The notes under the pieces are model-generated. The model saw only the letters and a program-made list of their open reading frames with translations. It had not been told where the DNA came from and searched no databases. This document shows, one piece after another, positions 8,199 to 16,072 of a stretch of 24,000 bases of DNA; positions within the stretch are counted from its first letter, which is position 1, and every line of letters begins with the position of its first letter. The position numbers were made by a program, and so were the translations under genes. The DNA comes from Schleiferiaceae bacterium (lineage in GTDB: Bacteria; Bacteroidota; Bacteroidia; Flavobacteriales; Schleiferiaceae): positions 27,313 through 51,312 of the forward strand of contig JBGSOF010000022.1 in the NCBI GenBank assembly GCA_041739275.1, read 5' to 3'.

Positions 8199-8794
8199 AC
8201 TACTTGGCGCATCTCTTTTTAAGTGGAGAAGACGACGAAATCCGATTTGGCAACTACTTGGGAGATCACCTTCGGAAAGCGCAGTGGGCGGAATACTCCG
8301 AACGCGTTCGAATCGGTCTCGAGCTCCATGCCCTCATCGACCATACCACCGACCGCCACCCTATGGTGATGGCCAGCAGACAGCGAATGCGTCCGAGCCA
8401 GCACAAATTCAGCCCTGTGGTGCAAGACCTGCTTTACGATCATTTCTTGGCTAAAAATTGGGCGCGCTTTCACTCAGTTCCGCTCGAAGTGTACACCCGA
8501 AATGCGTACGAAAGACTCCAAGCCTTTCAACCGCACATGCCCGCTTCGGTGCTTCGAATGTTTGAGCATATGCGAACCCACGACTGGCTCGAATCGTATG
8601 CGAGGCTCGAAGGATTAAACAAAGCCTTGGGGGGGATGGCGCGCCGCACTCGTTTTGTTTCAGATATGGAGCGTGCTGTCGAAGATCTCGCCTCCGAAAT
8701 GGACGCCTATGAATCTGATTTCATGAGGTTTTTCCCCGATCTACAAACCGAGGTACGCCGCTTTCTGGGGCCCGAGTTCAGCCTGCCGTTTTGA
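8195..8794 (+). CDS. acpH: Acyl carrier protein phosphodiesterase (AcpH family)
   Basis: The N-terminus MNYLAHLFLSG...GNYLGD, then HALIDHTTD and LLYDHFL..NW, parallel E. coli AcpH (MNFLAHLHLA...GNLLAD, HRRIDVMTD, VMWDHFL). Confidence 0.8.
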   Translation: MNYLAHLFLSGEDDEIRFGNYLGDHLRKAQWAEYSERVRIGLELHALIDHTTDRHPMVMASRQRMRPSQHKFSPVVQDLLYDHFLAKNWARFHSVPLEVYTRNAYERLQAFQPHMPASVLRMFEHMRTHDWLESYARLEGLNKALGGMARRTRFVSDMERAVEDLASEMDAYESDFMRFFPDLQTEVRRFLGPEFSLPF

Positions 8795-10043
8795 GCAAAC
8801 CGAGCTTGCGCAAATAATAACGCGGATTGCTCCAATGGGTCATAAAGCTGTCGTCGAGGAGCAATCGATCGAGCAAGCGCCTCATGCGCGGACTGTTCTC
8901 GAAAAAACCGATCAGTGCCTCAATTCGACTTTCAGATTCAAACCACTTTTGTACCCATTGAGACATGCGGAGTTCGCTCCACAAAATCGAATAGACGCGT
9001 CGGTCGTATTTCGCGAGAAATCTCGCATCCAAGCGGTTCAACTTCAGGGCTTCGGCAGCCATTTCGCCGGCGTATGTCCCACTGCGCAAGGCATTTCCAA
9101 TTCCTTCGCCGGTTAAAGGATCGACCAAGGACGCAGCATCACCGCACAACAGATAGCCTGCTCCGCTCAAAACGCGCTTTTTAGACCCGAGCGGAATGCC
9201 CATGCCTTTGATCGATTCGAGCATGCGCGCATCTTTGAACCGCGGCGCCAAAAGTGGGTGAGATTTTAACGTCTCTTCGAGAAGAGTGCGCAGGGGCTTG
9301 CCGAGTTTCGGGAGCATGTCGGACCTCATACCGATGCCTACATTGGCCCGGCCGTTCGGCAAGGGAAATACCCATAAATATCCGGGCAGAGCTTCGCGGA
9401 TAAAGTGCAGTTCGATCAGGGGTTCGTCGCGATCCCAGCGCACGCCTTCACAATAAACCCGCATGGCGGCGCAGAAGTGTTTTCGATCGAGCTCATGACC
9501 CGCAATTTTCTTGGCTACCATCGAATTCACTCCATCTGCCCCGATTAAAATCGAACAGCGAATCGTTTGTCGGTCTTCAGAGTGCAGCACCCATTCGCTG
9601 CCTTCGCGTTCGATTCGATCGACCGAACAAGCTTCCATAAAGCGAATGAGTTCGCGTTCGCGCAAGCAGTCGGCCAGCATGTGATCGAAGGCAAAGCGCG
9701 GCATCACATAGCCTTCGAGCTTTTTCTTCGATTTGCTGAGCTCCATGTCGAAAGCCCGCCCCGTGGGAGAAACCACGCTCAAGCCCGGCATCTTCATTTT
9801 CTCGGCCGAAGCTCGAAATCGATCGGCCAAACCCGGCCTCAGAAGGTCGAGATCGTCGATTTGATGCACCACGTCGGGGCTCAAGGCGTCTCCGCAAATT
9901 TTATCTCTCGGAAAGCGTGCCTTATCGAGAACCAAGGTGTCTATGCCCGCCTTTTCGAGCGCAAGAGCCGCGGCAACCCCGGAGGGACCCGCACCGACGA
10001 CCACGGCCGAAGCGCGCAGTTCAGATGAAAATTCCTCACTCAA
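8778..10043 (-). CDS. Geranylgeranyl-reductase-family FAD-dependent oxidoreductase
   Basis: The protein has the dinucleotide fold VVVGAGPSGVAAALALEKAGIDTLVLDK followed by RDKICGDALSP, typical of the GGR family. The maximal ORF extends to 10118 but would overlap the upstream gene by 79 nt. A TTG at 10043 overlaps that gene's TGA (TTGA) and gives MSEEFSSELRASAVVVGAGPSG. Confidence 0.8.
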   Translation of the reverse strand: MSEEFSSELRASAVVVGAGPSGVAAALALEKAGIDTLVLDKARFPRDKICGDALSPDVVHQIDDLDLLRPGLADRFRASAEKMKMPGLSVVSPTGRAFDMELSKSKKKLEGYVMPRFAFDHMLADCLRERELIRFMEACSVDRIEREGSEWVLHSEDRQTIRCSILIGADGVNSMVAKKIAGHELDRKHFCAAMRVYCEGVRWDRDEPLIELHFIREALPGYLWVFPLPNGRANVGIGMRSDMLPKLGKPLRTLLEETLKSHPLLAPRFKDARMLESIKGMGIPLGSKKRVLSGAGYLLCGDAASLVDPLTGEGIGNALRSGTYAGEMAAEALKLNRLDARFLAKYDRRVYSILWSELRMSQWVQKWFESESRIEALIGFFENSPRMRRLLDRLLLDDSFMTHWSNPRYYLRKLGLLKTAG

Positions 10044-11125
10044 AGCCTTCGAAACAGCTCTTGAACTGCCTTTCGATCGATGCGGTTGTGCCAATCGTGC
10101 CCCAAGGCATGAATCCACATATGCGGCAGATTCAGGCTGACATCGGCCATGGCTTCGATGACCTCATCAGACCAAGTGGCCGAGAGATTCTGCGGCAGTT
10201 CGATGCCGAAGCGCTCGACCATTTCCTTGAATTCGGCGACGGCTTCTCCATAATAATCTTCCAAATGATTGAAAGCAATGCAGTTGGCATATCCGTGTCG
10301 GTATCCCAAAACCTTCGACAATCCGTACGAAAGCGCATGGCAAACCCCCACTTCGCTGTAGGTGAGGCTGAGTCCGCCAAAGAGCGAAGCCACCACGAGC
10401 TTGTCGTCGTTGTCGGGAGTTTGACCTGCATCTGCTCCGAGAAACACCTCTCGGCACAGCTTGAGACTTTGCTCGCCGTAGGCCCTTGAAAATGCGTTTT
10501 TATGGATTCCGGTTTCGCTCTCAACACAGTGGATGTAGGTGTCCATGCCTGTGTAAAACCATTGATTTCGGGGCACGCTCTCGCACAATTCTGGGTCGAG
10601 GATGAGTTCGTCGAAGACCGTCCACTCGCATTTGAGCCCGAGTTTTTTCTCGGGGCCCGTCAAAACGGCCGTGGTGCTGCATTCGGCTCCGGTACCCGCA
10701 ATGGTGGGAATTCCCAAGTGAAATACCCCGGGGGTTTGAATCAAATTCAGGCCTTGATATTGTGTGGAACTGCCGGGATTGGTCAACATCAGGCTCAGTG
10801 CTTTGGCCGTATCCATGGCGCTCCCTCCGCCCACTCCCACGACTCCTGAAGGCAGTCCTTTCAATTTCAATGCCTCGTCGCGAAGGCGATCAATTTGTTC
10901 GGTGGTCGGCTCGTGTACGTCGAAATTCTCGAAAAAAACGAGATCGCTCGATTCAATGCCCAAGCGCTTTAAAAGGGCATGCTCGCGGAATAAATGGTCG
11001 ATTACGAAGACAAAATACCCGTTGTTGTTCCCACGCCTCGGCGATAGCCGTTCAGAGCACTGATCGACCGAGCCCCGGCCGTAAATGAGCTTAGATACCC
11101 CATGCAATACTTTGTGATTCAGCAT
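10040..11125 (-). CDS. Iron-containing (group III) alcohol dehydrogenase family protein
   Basis: 361 aa. The protein has GVGGGSAMDTAKAL (GGGSxxDxAK), IPTIAGTGAECS, and the metal-ligand region GMDTYIHCVE plus VCHALSYGL. It starts 1 nt after the aminotransferase stop. Confidence 0.85.
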   Translation of the reverse strand: MLNHKVLHGVSKLIYGRGSVDQCSERLSPRRGNNNGYFVFVIDHLFREHALLKRLGIESSDLVFFENFDVHEPTTEQIDRLRDEALKLKGLPSGVVGVGGGSAMDTAKALSLMLTNPGSSTQYQGLNLIQTPGVFHLGIPTIAGTGAECSTTAVLTGPEKKLGLKCEWTVFDELILDPELCESVPRNQWFYTGMDTYIHCVESETGIHKNAFSRAYGEQSLKLCREVFLGADAGQTPDNDDKLVVASLFGGLSLTYSEVGVCHALSYGLSKVLGYRHGYANCIAFNHLEDYYGEAVAEFKEMVERFGIELPQNLSATWSDEVIEAMADVSLNLPHMWIHALGHDWHNRIDRKAVQELFRRL

Positions 11126-11126
11126 A

Positions 11127-12320
11127 TCAGCAGTGTTTTTTCAAAACATCGACCAAAGTCTGTCCGAGCTCTTCGATTTGCGCTTCGGACCAATGGGCAC
11201 GGATGCCCAAAGAGATTAACCGACCAATACTGTGCTGGCTTTGAGGTAATTCGAGCGCGTTGTAATCTTGGGGAGCCCCGAGGTGGTGAATGGCCATTTT
11301 GAAGGGAGAGCGCAGGTTCTTAAGGTGATCCCACTGATTGATAAAGTGGTACATATTGGTATACCAATAATTGACCCCTACCCCTTTGCCGGCAAGTTCC
11401 GAGGCTGCCCGGGCTGCTGCTCCGGCATCGGGCAGAAAGAAATTCAAGAAGGTGGCGCTGTCGCCCTCGGCATCGGGCATCGGTCGAAATCCAAGCCCCG
11501 GGCATTCGCTCTGAAGCCTTGATTTAAGTTGAGTCTTCGCAGCGCGGTTCCGGTTTCGGACATCTTCGATTCTGCGCATTTGGGCGAGCCCTACAGCGGC
11601 ATGTAATTCGCTGATTCTAAAATTCGTGCCCAATATCGGATGCTGTTCCATTCCGCGATTGTCGCCGATGTGGTCGTGTCCGTGGTCTGAAAACTGGTGC
11701 AAAACATGATACACCTCTTCGTGATTTGTGACGCACACCCCGCCTTCGGCTGCAGTGGCAATTTTGAAAAAATCGAAGGAATAGGCTCCGGCGCGACCAA
11801 ACAAGCCTACCGACCGGCCTTTGTAGAAAGCGCCAAGCGCCTGACCCGCGTCTTCGACCAACACCAGATTGCGCCGAGCGCAAAGCGCGAGTATTGAATC
11901 CATGTCGGCCGCTGCTCCGCACATATGCACCAGCATTACGGCTTTGGTCTTGGGGCTCAGAACCTTTTCGATGCTCTCGGCCGTGAGGCAGAGGTTGTCG
12001 TCGACTTCGGCAAAAACGGGAAGCCCTCCGCCGAGCAAAACACCTTCAACCGTGGCGATATACGTAAAAGGCGGCACCACGACTTCGTCTCCAAAGCCCA
12101 ATCCCGCCGCGGCCATGGCTGCCGCAACGGCCGTAGAACCGCTGCTCACCGCATGGGCATAAGGAGCTCCGGTAAATCGGCGCACCTCGGCCTCAAATTC
12201 TCTGGCCTTCCAACGCCCTTGGCGCAAGGCGTCGTGATTGTATCGAAACAAGCAACCTGTTTCGAGCACTTCGTTCACTTCGCGGCGCTCTTCGGCACCG
12301 AATAAATCCATTCCGGGCAT
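11127..12320 (-). CDS. DegT/DnrJ/EryC1/StrS-family PLP-dependent aminotransferase
   Basis: The family features include AVSSGSTAVAAAMAA, VLVEDAGQALGA, and the Schiff-base lysine context YSFDFFKIATAAEGG. The ORF track starts at a TTG (12392). The ATG at 12320 (MPGMDLFGAEERREV) matches my recollection of the usual N-terminus of this subfamily. Confidence 0.88.
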   Translation of the reverse strand: MPGMDLFGAEERREVNEVLETGCLFRYNHDALRQGRWKAREFEAEVRRFTGAPYAHAVSSGSTAVAAAMAAAGLGFGDEVVVPPFTYIATVEGVLLGGGLPVFAEVDDNLCLTAESIEKVLSPKTKAVMLVHMCGAAADMDSILALCARRNLVLVEDAGQALGAFYKGRSVGLFGRAGAYSFDFFKIATAAEGGVCVTNHEEVYHVLHQFSDHGHDHIGDNRGMEQHPILGTNFRISELHAAVGLAQMRRIEDVRNRNRAAKTQLKSRLQSECPGLGFRPMPDAEGDSATFLNFFLPDAGAAARAASELAGKGVGVNYWYTNMYHFINQWDHLKNLRSPFKMAIHHLGAPQDYNALELPQSQHSIGRLISLGIRAHWSEAQIEELGQTLVDVLKKHC

Positions 12321-12466
12321 AAAAAACCGTTGTTTTATTTGGAAGGCAGCCGTTCGTCCAAGCGCGGTTCGACTCGGCTCTTTCAAAAGCAAAGGTAGAA
12401 GCCGAAGCTGCTCGAATGGTTGCTTGCGCGCCGCAAGAGCTCGAAGGGCTTGTGTACCTTTGGTGT

Positions 12467-13282
12467 ATGAATTTGTCGCTGATCAACCCAAAATATACCG
12501 AGGCCGAAGCCATTAAAAGCCTGAGGCTCGATTTCGACCGCGCTGTTCCGTGCCGACACTTGAACATGCCCGGCTTTTTGAAACCTGAACTGGCCGAGGC
12601 GCTTCACGCGCATTTTCCGCCCATCGACAGCCTGAATGTCAAGCGAAAGAGCTTGAACGAAGACAAGAGCGAGGACTATCACTTTGAGCGTTGGCACCCT
12701 GCTTTTTCAGAACTGCGGCAGATGATCGCGGGCGAGGACTTTGCCCGATGGATGACGGAGGTTACGGGCATTCAAGATTTGCGCACCACCGACGATTCAC
12801 TCGGCAGCGGTGTTCATCAGGGCAAGAACGGAAGCTACGTGGACGTGCACATAGACGTCAACATGAATCCCGAAAAGCAACTCTGGAGGCGGATTAATTT
12901 GTTGATTTACCTCAACCGCAACTGGAAGCCCGAATACGGTGGCGATCTGGAGCTGTGGAATAAAGAAATGACGGTGTGCGAACTCAAAGTTCCCTGCGAT
13001 TTTAACCGGGCCGTGATCTTTTATACGGACGAGAATTCTCCGCACGGGTACGCCAAAATCAATGTGCCTGAAGGCGAGACCCGGAAGAGCTTTTACAGCT
13101 ATTTCTACACCCCGATCGGCGAAGGATTTCGCTACAGCGATTCGCGTTTTGTTTCGAGACCCGACGACAGCACGGCCAAAAAACTGGTGACCGGCGTAAA
13201 GGAAACGCTCAAGATCAACGGCAAGCGCTTTTTAAAGGCTCTCGGGGTAAAATCTCTTGATTTTCAGGATAAGAACCGCTGA
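12467..13282 (+). CDS. 2OG-Fe(II) oxygenase superfamily protein (prolyl-4-hydroxylase-like)
   Basis: The HxD motif is in VDVHIDVN and the distal His is in ENSPHGY. INLLIYLNRNWKPEYGGDLELW is typical of the 2OG-FeII_Oxy_3 type. The ATG at 12467 (MNLSLINPKY) is preferred over the upstream track start at 12416. Confidence 0.78.
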   Translation: MNLSLINPKYTEAEAIKSLRLDFDRAVPCRHLNMPGFLKPELAEALHAHFPPIDSLNVKRKSLNEDKSEDYHFERWHPAFSELRQMIAGEDFARWMTEVTGIQDLRTTDDSLGSGVHQGKNGSYVDVHIDVNMNPEKQLWRRINLLIYLNRNWKPEYGGDLELWNKEMTVCELKVPCDFNRAVIFYTDENSPHGYAKINVPEGETRKSFYSYFYTPIGEGFRYSDSRFVSRPDDSTAKKLVTGVKETLKINGKRFLKALGVKSLDFQDKNR

Positions 13283-13284
13283 TT

Positions 13285-15081
13285 TTGGCGAAGAGATACC
13301 CTCCTGAAAACGAGGAGAAAAAGCCGAAAGCAAGTCTCAAAAGTCTCAAGCGCTCGCTGAGGCTGTACAAGTACATCAAGCCCTATCGCGGGGCCTTTGT
13401 GCTCGGTATGGTCTTTTTGTTCCTCTCGAGCGCGGCCAATTTGGCCTTTCCCAAGTTTCTGGGGGAATTGGTGAGCGCGAGTTCCAAGCCCGATTTCGCC
13501 CAACAATTAGGGCGTATTGCGCTGATTTTGGCGGGGTTGCTCGTGGTTCAGGCGGTATTTTCGTATTTTAGGATTCTGCTGTTCGTCCGGGTGGCCGAAA
13601 AGGGGTTGGCCGCGCTTCGTCAGGCGACGTATTCGAAGATGCTTCGCTTGCCCATGGCGTTTTTCGACCAAAAGCGAGTAGGCGAATTGACGAGTAGGAT
13701 CGCGTCAGACATCAACGTGTTGCAGGATGTCTTTACGTCGACCTTGGCGGAATTCATTCGGCAGTTGATCATTATTGTGGGGGGCATCGGCTTGTTGCTC
13801 TACACTTCTCCGCGGCTGACGCTGATTATGCTGGCTTCGCTGCCGCCTGTGGTGCTGCTCTCGGTGGCCTTTGGGCGTTTTATTCGCCGGTATGCCAAAG
13901 ATGTTTCAAAGATGATGGCCGAGGCTACGACCGTGGTCGAAGAAACTCTTCAGGGCATTGCCAGTGTAAAGAGCTATGCGAATGAGCACTTTGAATTGGG
14001 GCGATACAAAGCGAAAACAGACGCGGTGGCGGCTACCGCGATCAAGGGTGGGGTGTATCGAGCCGGTTTTGCTTCGTTTGTGATTCTCGGTTTGTTTGGA
14101 GCCGTGGTGTTGGTGATTTGGCAAGGCAGTTTGGACATTGCACGAGGCAGCATGGACGCGGGCGATTTGTTCAGTTTTGTGCTGTATTCGAGCTTTATCG
14201 GAGGGTCTATTGGGGGGATGGCGGATGTGTACGCTCGCTTGCAGCGGGCTTCGGGGGCGACGGAGGAACTGCTCGACATTTTTGATCAAGAAGAGGAGCC
14301 GATTCGGCTGGATCCGCCTTTGACTCGCGACCGCTCGCTTCGCGGTGCGCTTGAGTTTGAAAACCTGCGTTTTGCATATCCTTCTCGCCCCGCTTTTGAG
14401 GTGATTAAAGGGCTGAATTTGACGATTGAACCGGGTACGCGAGTGGCTTTGGTGGGTTCGAGTGGGGCAGGCAAGAGCACGCTGATGGCCCTTTTGCTTC
14501 GATTCTACGCGCCGGTTTCGGGTTGCATCAAAATCGATGGACGCAACCTGAACGATTGGGATTTAAGTGGTTATCGTTCACAATTGGCCCTGGTGCCCCA
14601 AGAGGTTTTGCTCTTTGGGGGAACCATTGAAGAGAATATTCGCTACGGCAAGCCGGGGGCTTCTTTGGAGGAAGTGATGGACGCGGCGCGCAAGGCCTAC
14701 GCCCATGATTTTATCGCTTCGTTTCCCGATGGATATCAAACGACGGTGGGCGAGCGCGGCATTCAGTTGAGCGGGGGTCAGCGGCAGCGAATTGCAATTG
14801 CTCGAGCTTTGTTAAACGATCCGGCTCTTTTGCTCTTGGACGAAGCCACTTCTGCCCTCGACAGCGAGTCGGAGTTTTTTGTGCAGAGCGCGCTCGAAGC
14901 ATTGATGACGAACCGCACCAGCTTGGTGATCGCCCATCGCTTGAGCACCATTCGCCAAGCCGACCGCATTCTTGTACTCGACGAAGGCCGCATCGTGGAA
15001 GACGGCTCGCCCGATGCCCTGCTTGCCCGCCCAGACAGCCGCTTCAAAACCCTCTGGGAGCGGCAGTTGTTGGATGATTGA
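13285..15081 (+). CDS. ABC transporter, fused permease/ATPase (ABCB/MsbA-like exporter)
   Basis: 598 aa with an N-terminal six-helix-type TMD. The ATPase motifs are Walker A GSSGAGKST, signature LSGGQRQRIAIARAL, Walker B LLLLDEATSALD and H-loop VIAHRLSTI. The TTG start lies 2 nt after the oxygenase stop. Confidence 0.93.
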   Translation: MAKRYPPENEEKKPKASLKSLKRSLRLYKYIKPYRGAFVLGMVFLFLSSAANLAFPKFLGELVSASSKPDFAQQLGRIALILAGLLVVQAVFSYFRILLFVRVAEKGLAALRQATYSKMLRLPMAFFDQKRVGELTSRIASDINVLQDVFTSTLAEFIRQLIIIVGGIGLLLYTSPRLTLIMLASLPPVVLLSVAFGRFIRRYAKDVSKMMAEATTVVEETLQGIASVKSYANEHFELGRYKAKTDAVAATAIKGGVYRAGFASFVILGLFGAVVLVIWQGSLDIARGSMDAGDLFSFVLYSSFIGGSIGGMADVYARLQRASGATEELLDIFDQEEEPIRLDPPLTRDRSLRGALEFENLRFAYPSRPAFEVIKGLNLTIEPGTRVALVGSSGAGKSTLMALLLRFYAPVSGCIKIDGRNLNDWDLSGYRSQLALVPQEVLLFGGTIEENIRYGKPGASLEEVMDAARKAYAHDFIASFPDGYQTTVGERGIQLSGGQRQRIAIARALLNDPALLLLDEATSALDSESEFFVQSALEALMTNRTSLVIAHRLSTIRQADRILVLDEGRIVEDGSPDALLARPDSRFKTLWERQLLDD

Positions 15082-15085
15082 CTTT

Positions 15086-15300
15086 GGGCAGACACATAGG
15101 ACAGACACATAGGACAGACACATAGGGCAGACATCTAGGGGCAGACGTCTAGGGGCAGACGTCTAGGGGCAGAAGTCTAGGGGCAGACGTCTAGGGGCAG
15201 ACGTCTAGGGGCAGAAGTCTAGGGGCAGAAGTCTAGGGGCAGACGTCTAGGGGCAGACGTCTAGGGGCAGACGTCTAGGGGCAGACACGTAGGTCTGCCC
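15086..15300 (+). repeat. Tandem array of 15 units (3 x 13 bp, 11 x 14 bp, plus a terminal hairpin unit) built on GGCAGAC
   Basis: CAGA(C/A) cores occur at 15089, 15102, 15115, 15128, then every 14 bp to 15282. The canonical unit CAGACGTCTAGGGG contains the 8-bp palindrome AGACGTCT. The variants are CAGAAGTCTAGGGG (3 copies), CAGACATCTAGGGG (1 copy) and (G)ACAGACACATAGG (3 copies). Confidence 0.95.
15279..15300 (+). repeat. REP-like perfect hairpin GGGCAGAC-ACGTAG-GTCTGCCC terminating the array
   Basis: 8-bp perfect stem (15279-15286 pairing with 15293-15300) and a 6-nt loop containing GTAG. It lies 92 nt upstream of the RAYT-like ATG. Confidence 0.8.
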
Positions 15301-15391
15301 TTACGGGGTGTAGGGTATGTATTACATTTTGGTGTAGTTTTACGGGGTCGACTGCGCATTGGCGTGGCCTTACCAAAAAACGAAAATCAGG

Positions 15392-16027
15392 ATGAATCGA
15401 TACAACACCTGTATTCGTCGAAGAAAATCTATTCGATTAAAAGGCTATGATTATTCGCAGGCCGGATTGTATTTTATTACCATTTGTGTTCAAAATAGAC
15501 GGCGTCTGTTTGGAGAAATCGTCGGCAGAGTCGAAGACGCGAGTTTGACGGTTACAAATAAAATGGTATTGAACGAAGCCGGAATCATGGTTAAAAAATG
15601 GTACTTCGAATTGGAAAATAAATTTCCAGATATCCGATGCCACGAAATGGTGGTTATGCCCGACCATTTCCATTGCATTATCGAAAACGTCGGCGGAAAG
15701 GGCGAGGACGCGGGTTCGCCCCAACTTCATAAAATAAACGGGTTTGGCCAAAAAAAGGGCGAACACGCAGGTTCGGGCGAACACGCAGGTTCGCCCCTAT
15801 ACAGGGTGGTGCAATGGTTTAAAACCATGACGACGAACGAATATATCCGCGGTGTAAAAAACAATAATTGGCAACCGTTTAATAGGAAATTATGGCAACG
15901 AAATTATTATGAATGCATCATTCGAAGCGAACAATCCTTTAAAACTATTTCGAAATACATTGTCAATAATCCCGCAAAATGGAGTTTAAAACTCACTTGG
16001 AAATACAACGATTATCGACAACATTAA
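15392..16027 (+). CDS. REP-associated tyrosine transposase-like protein (RAYT; IS200-like Y1/HUH transposase family)
   Basis: The N-terminus RRRKSIRLKGYDYSQAGLYFITICVQNRRRLFG, the HUH motif in MPDHFHCII, and the C-terminal block VQWFKTMTTNEYIRG...KLWQRNYYECIIRSE are characteristic of COG1943-type RAYTs. The ATG at 15392 is preferred over the track's TTG at 15359. Confidence 0.85.
   Translation: MNRYNTCIRRRKSIRLKGYDYSQAGLYFITICVQNRRRLFGEIVGRVEDASLTVTNKMVLNEAGIMVKKWYFELENKFPDIRCHEMVVMPDHFHCIIENVGGKGEDAGSPQLHKINGFGQKKGEHAGSGEHAGSPLYRVVQWFKTMTTNEYIRGVKNNNWQPFNRKLWQRNYYECIIRSEQSFKTISKYIVNNPAKWSLKLTWKYNDYRQH
15700..15796 (+). repeat. Three in-frame hairpin-type repeats inside the RAYT ORF, including an exact 18-bp tandem duplication
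   Basis: The copies are GGGCGAGG-ACGCGG-GTTCGCCC (15700-15721, imperfect), GGGCGAAC-ACGCAG-GTTCGGGC (15757-15778) and GGGCGAAC-ACGCAG-GTTCGCCC (15775-15796, perfect 8-bp stem). Bases 15757-15774 equal 15775-15792 exactly. They encode GEDAGSP, GEHAGS and GEHAGSP. Confidence 0.85.
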
Positions 16028-16072
16028 AGCCTATGGCGTCTATCACTCAAAACGTAGGATTCCAATTCCCCA

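Larger units (their letters stand above)
15279..16027 (+). mobile_element. REP/RAYT-like unit: flanking hairpin plus an IS200/IS605-superfamily HUH transposase gene
   Basis: A hairpin sits next to a Y1/HUH transposase-like gene. The segment is visibly more AT-rich than both flanking genes (by eye, not computed). I see no TnpB and no clear right-end hairpin. Confidence 0.45.

Noticed and set aside
9917-10489. 190-aa plus-strand ORF
   Set aside because: It runs antisense across the Fe-ADH / GGR-like junction. Its composition is Pro/Arg-rich and I see no support for it.
12193-12697. Minus-strand ORFs of 124 aa and 104 aa spanning the divergent promoter region
   Set aside because: They overlap the 5' ends of the aminotransferase and oxygenase genes and have no domain signal.
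15086-15300. Possible CRISPR array
   Set aside because: The units are 13-14 bp and directly abut one another with no spacers. There are no cas genes in the window. This is a simple tandem repeat, not a CRISPR array.
15301-15391. Repeated TTACGGGG / GGTGTAG words and the palindrome ATGTATTACAT as a promoter or operator for the RAYT gene
   Set aside because: The words are short, and TACATTTT misses the TAnnTTTG consensus by one base. The region is suggestive but not strong enough to annotate.
16028-16072. Right-hand REP hairpin for the RAYT gene
   Set aside because: Only 7-9 nt fragments resemble the left hairpin or array unit, and no complementary arm is present. It is mentioned in a finding but not called as a feature.
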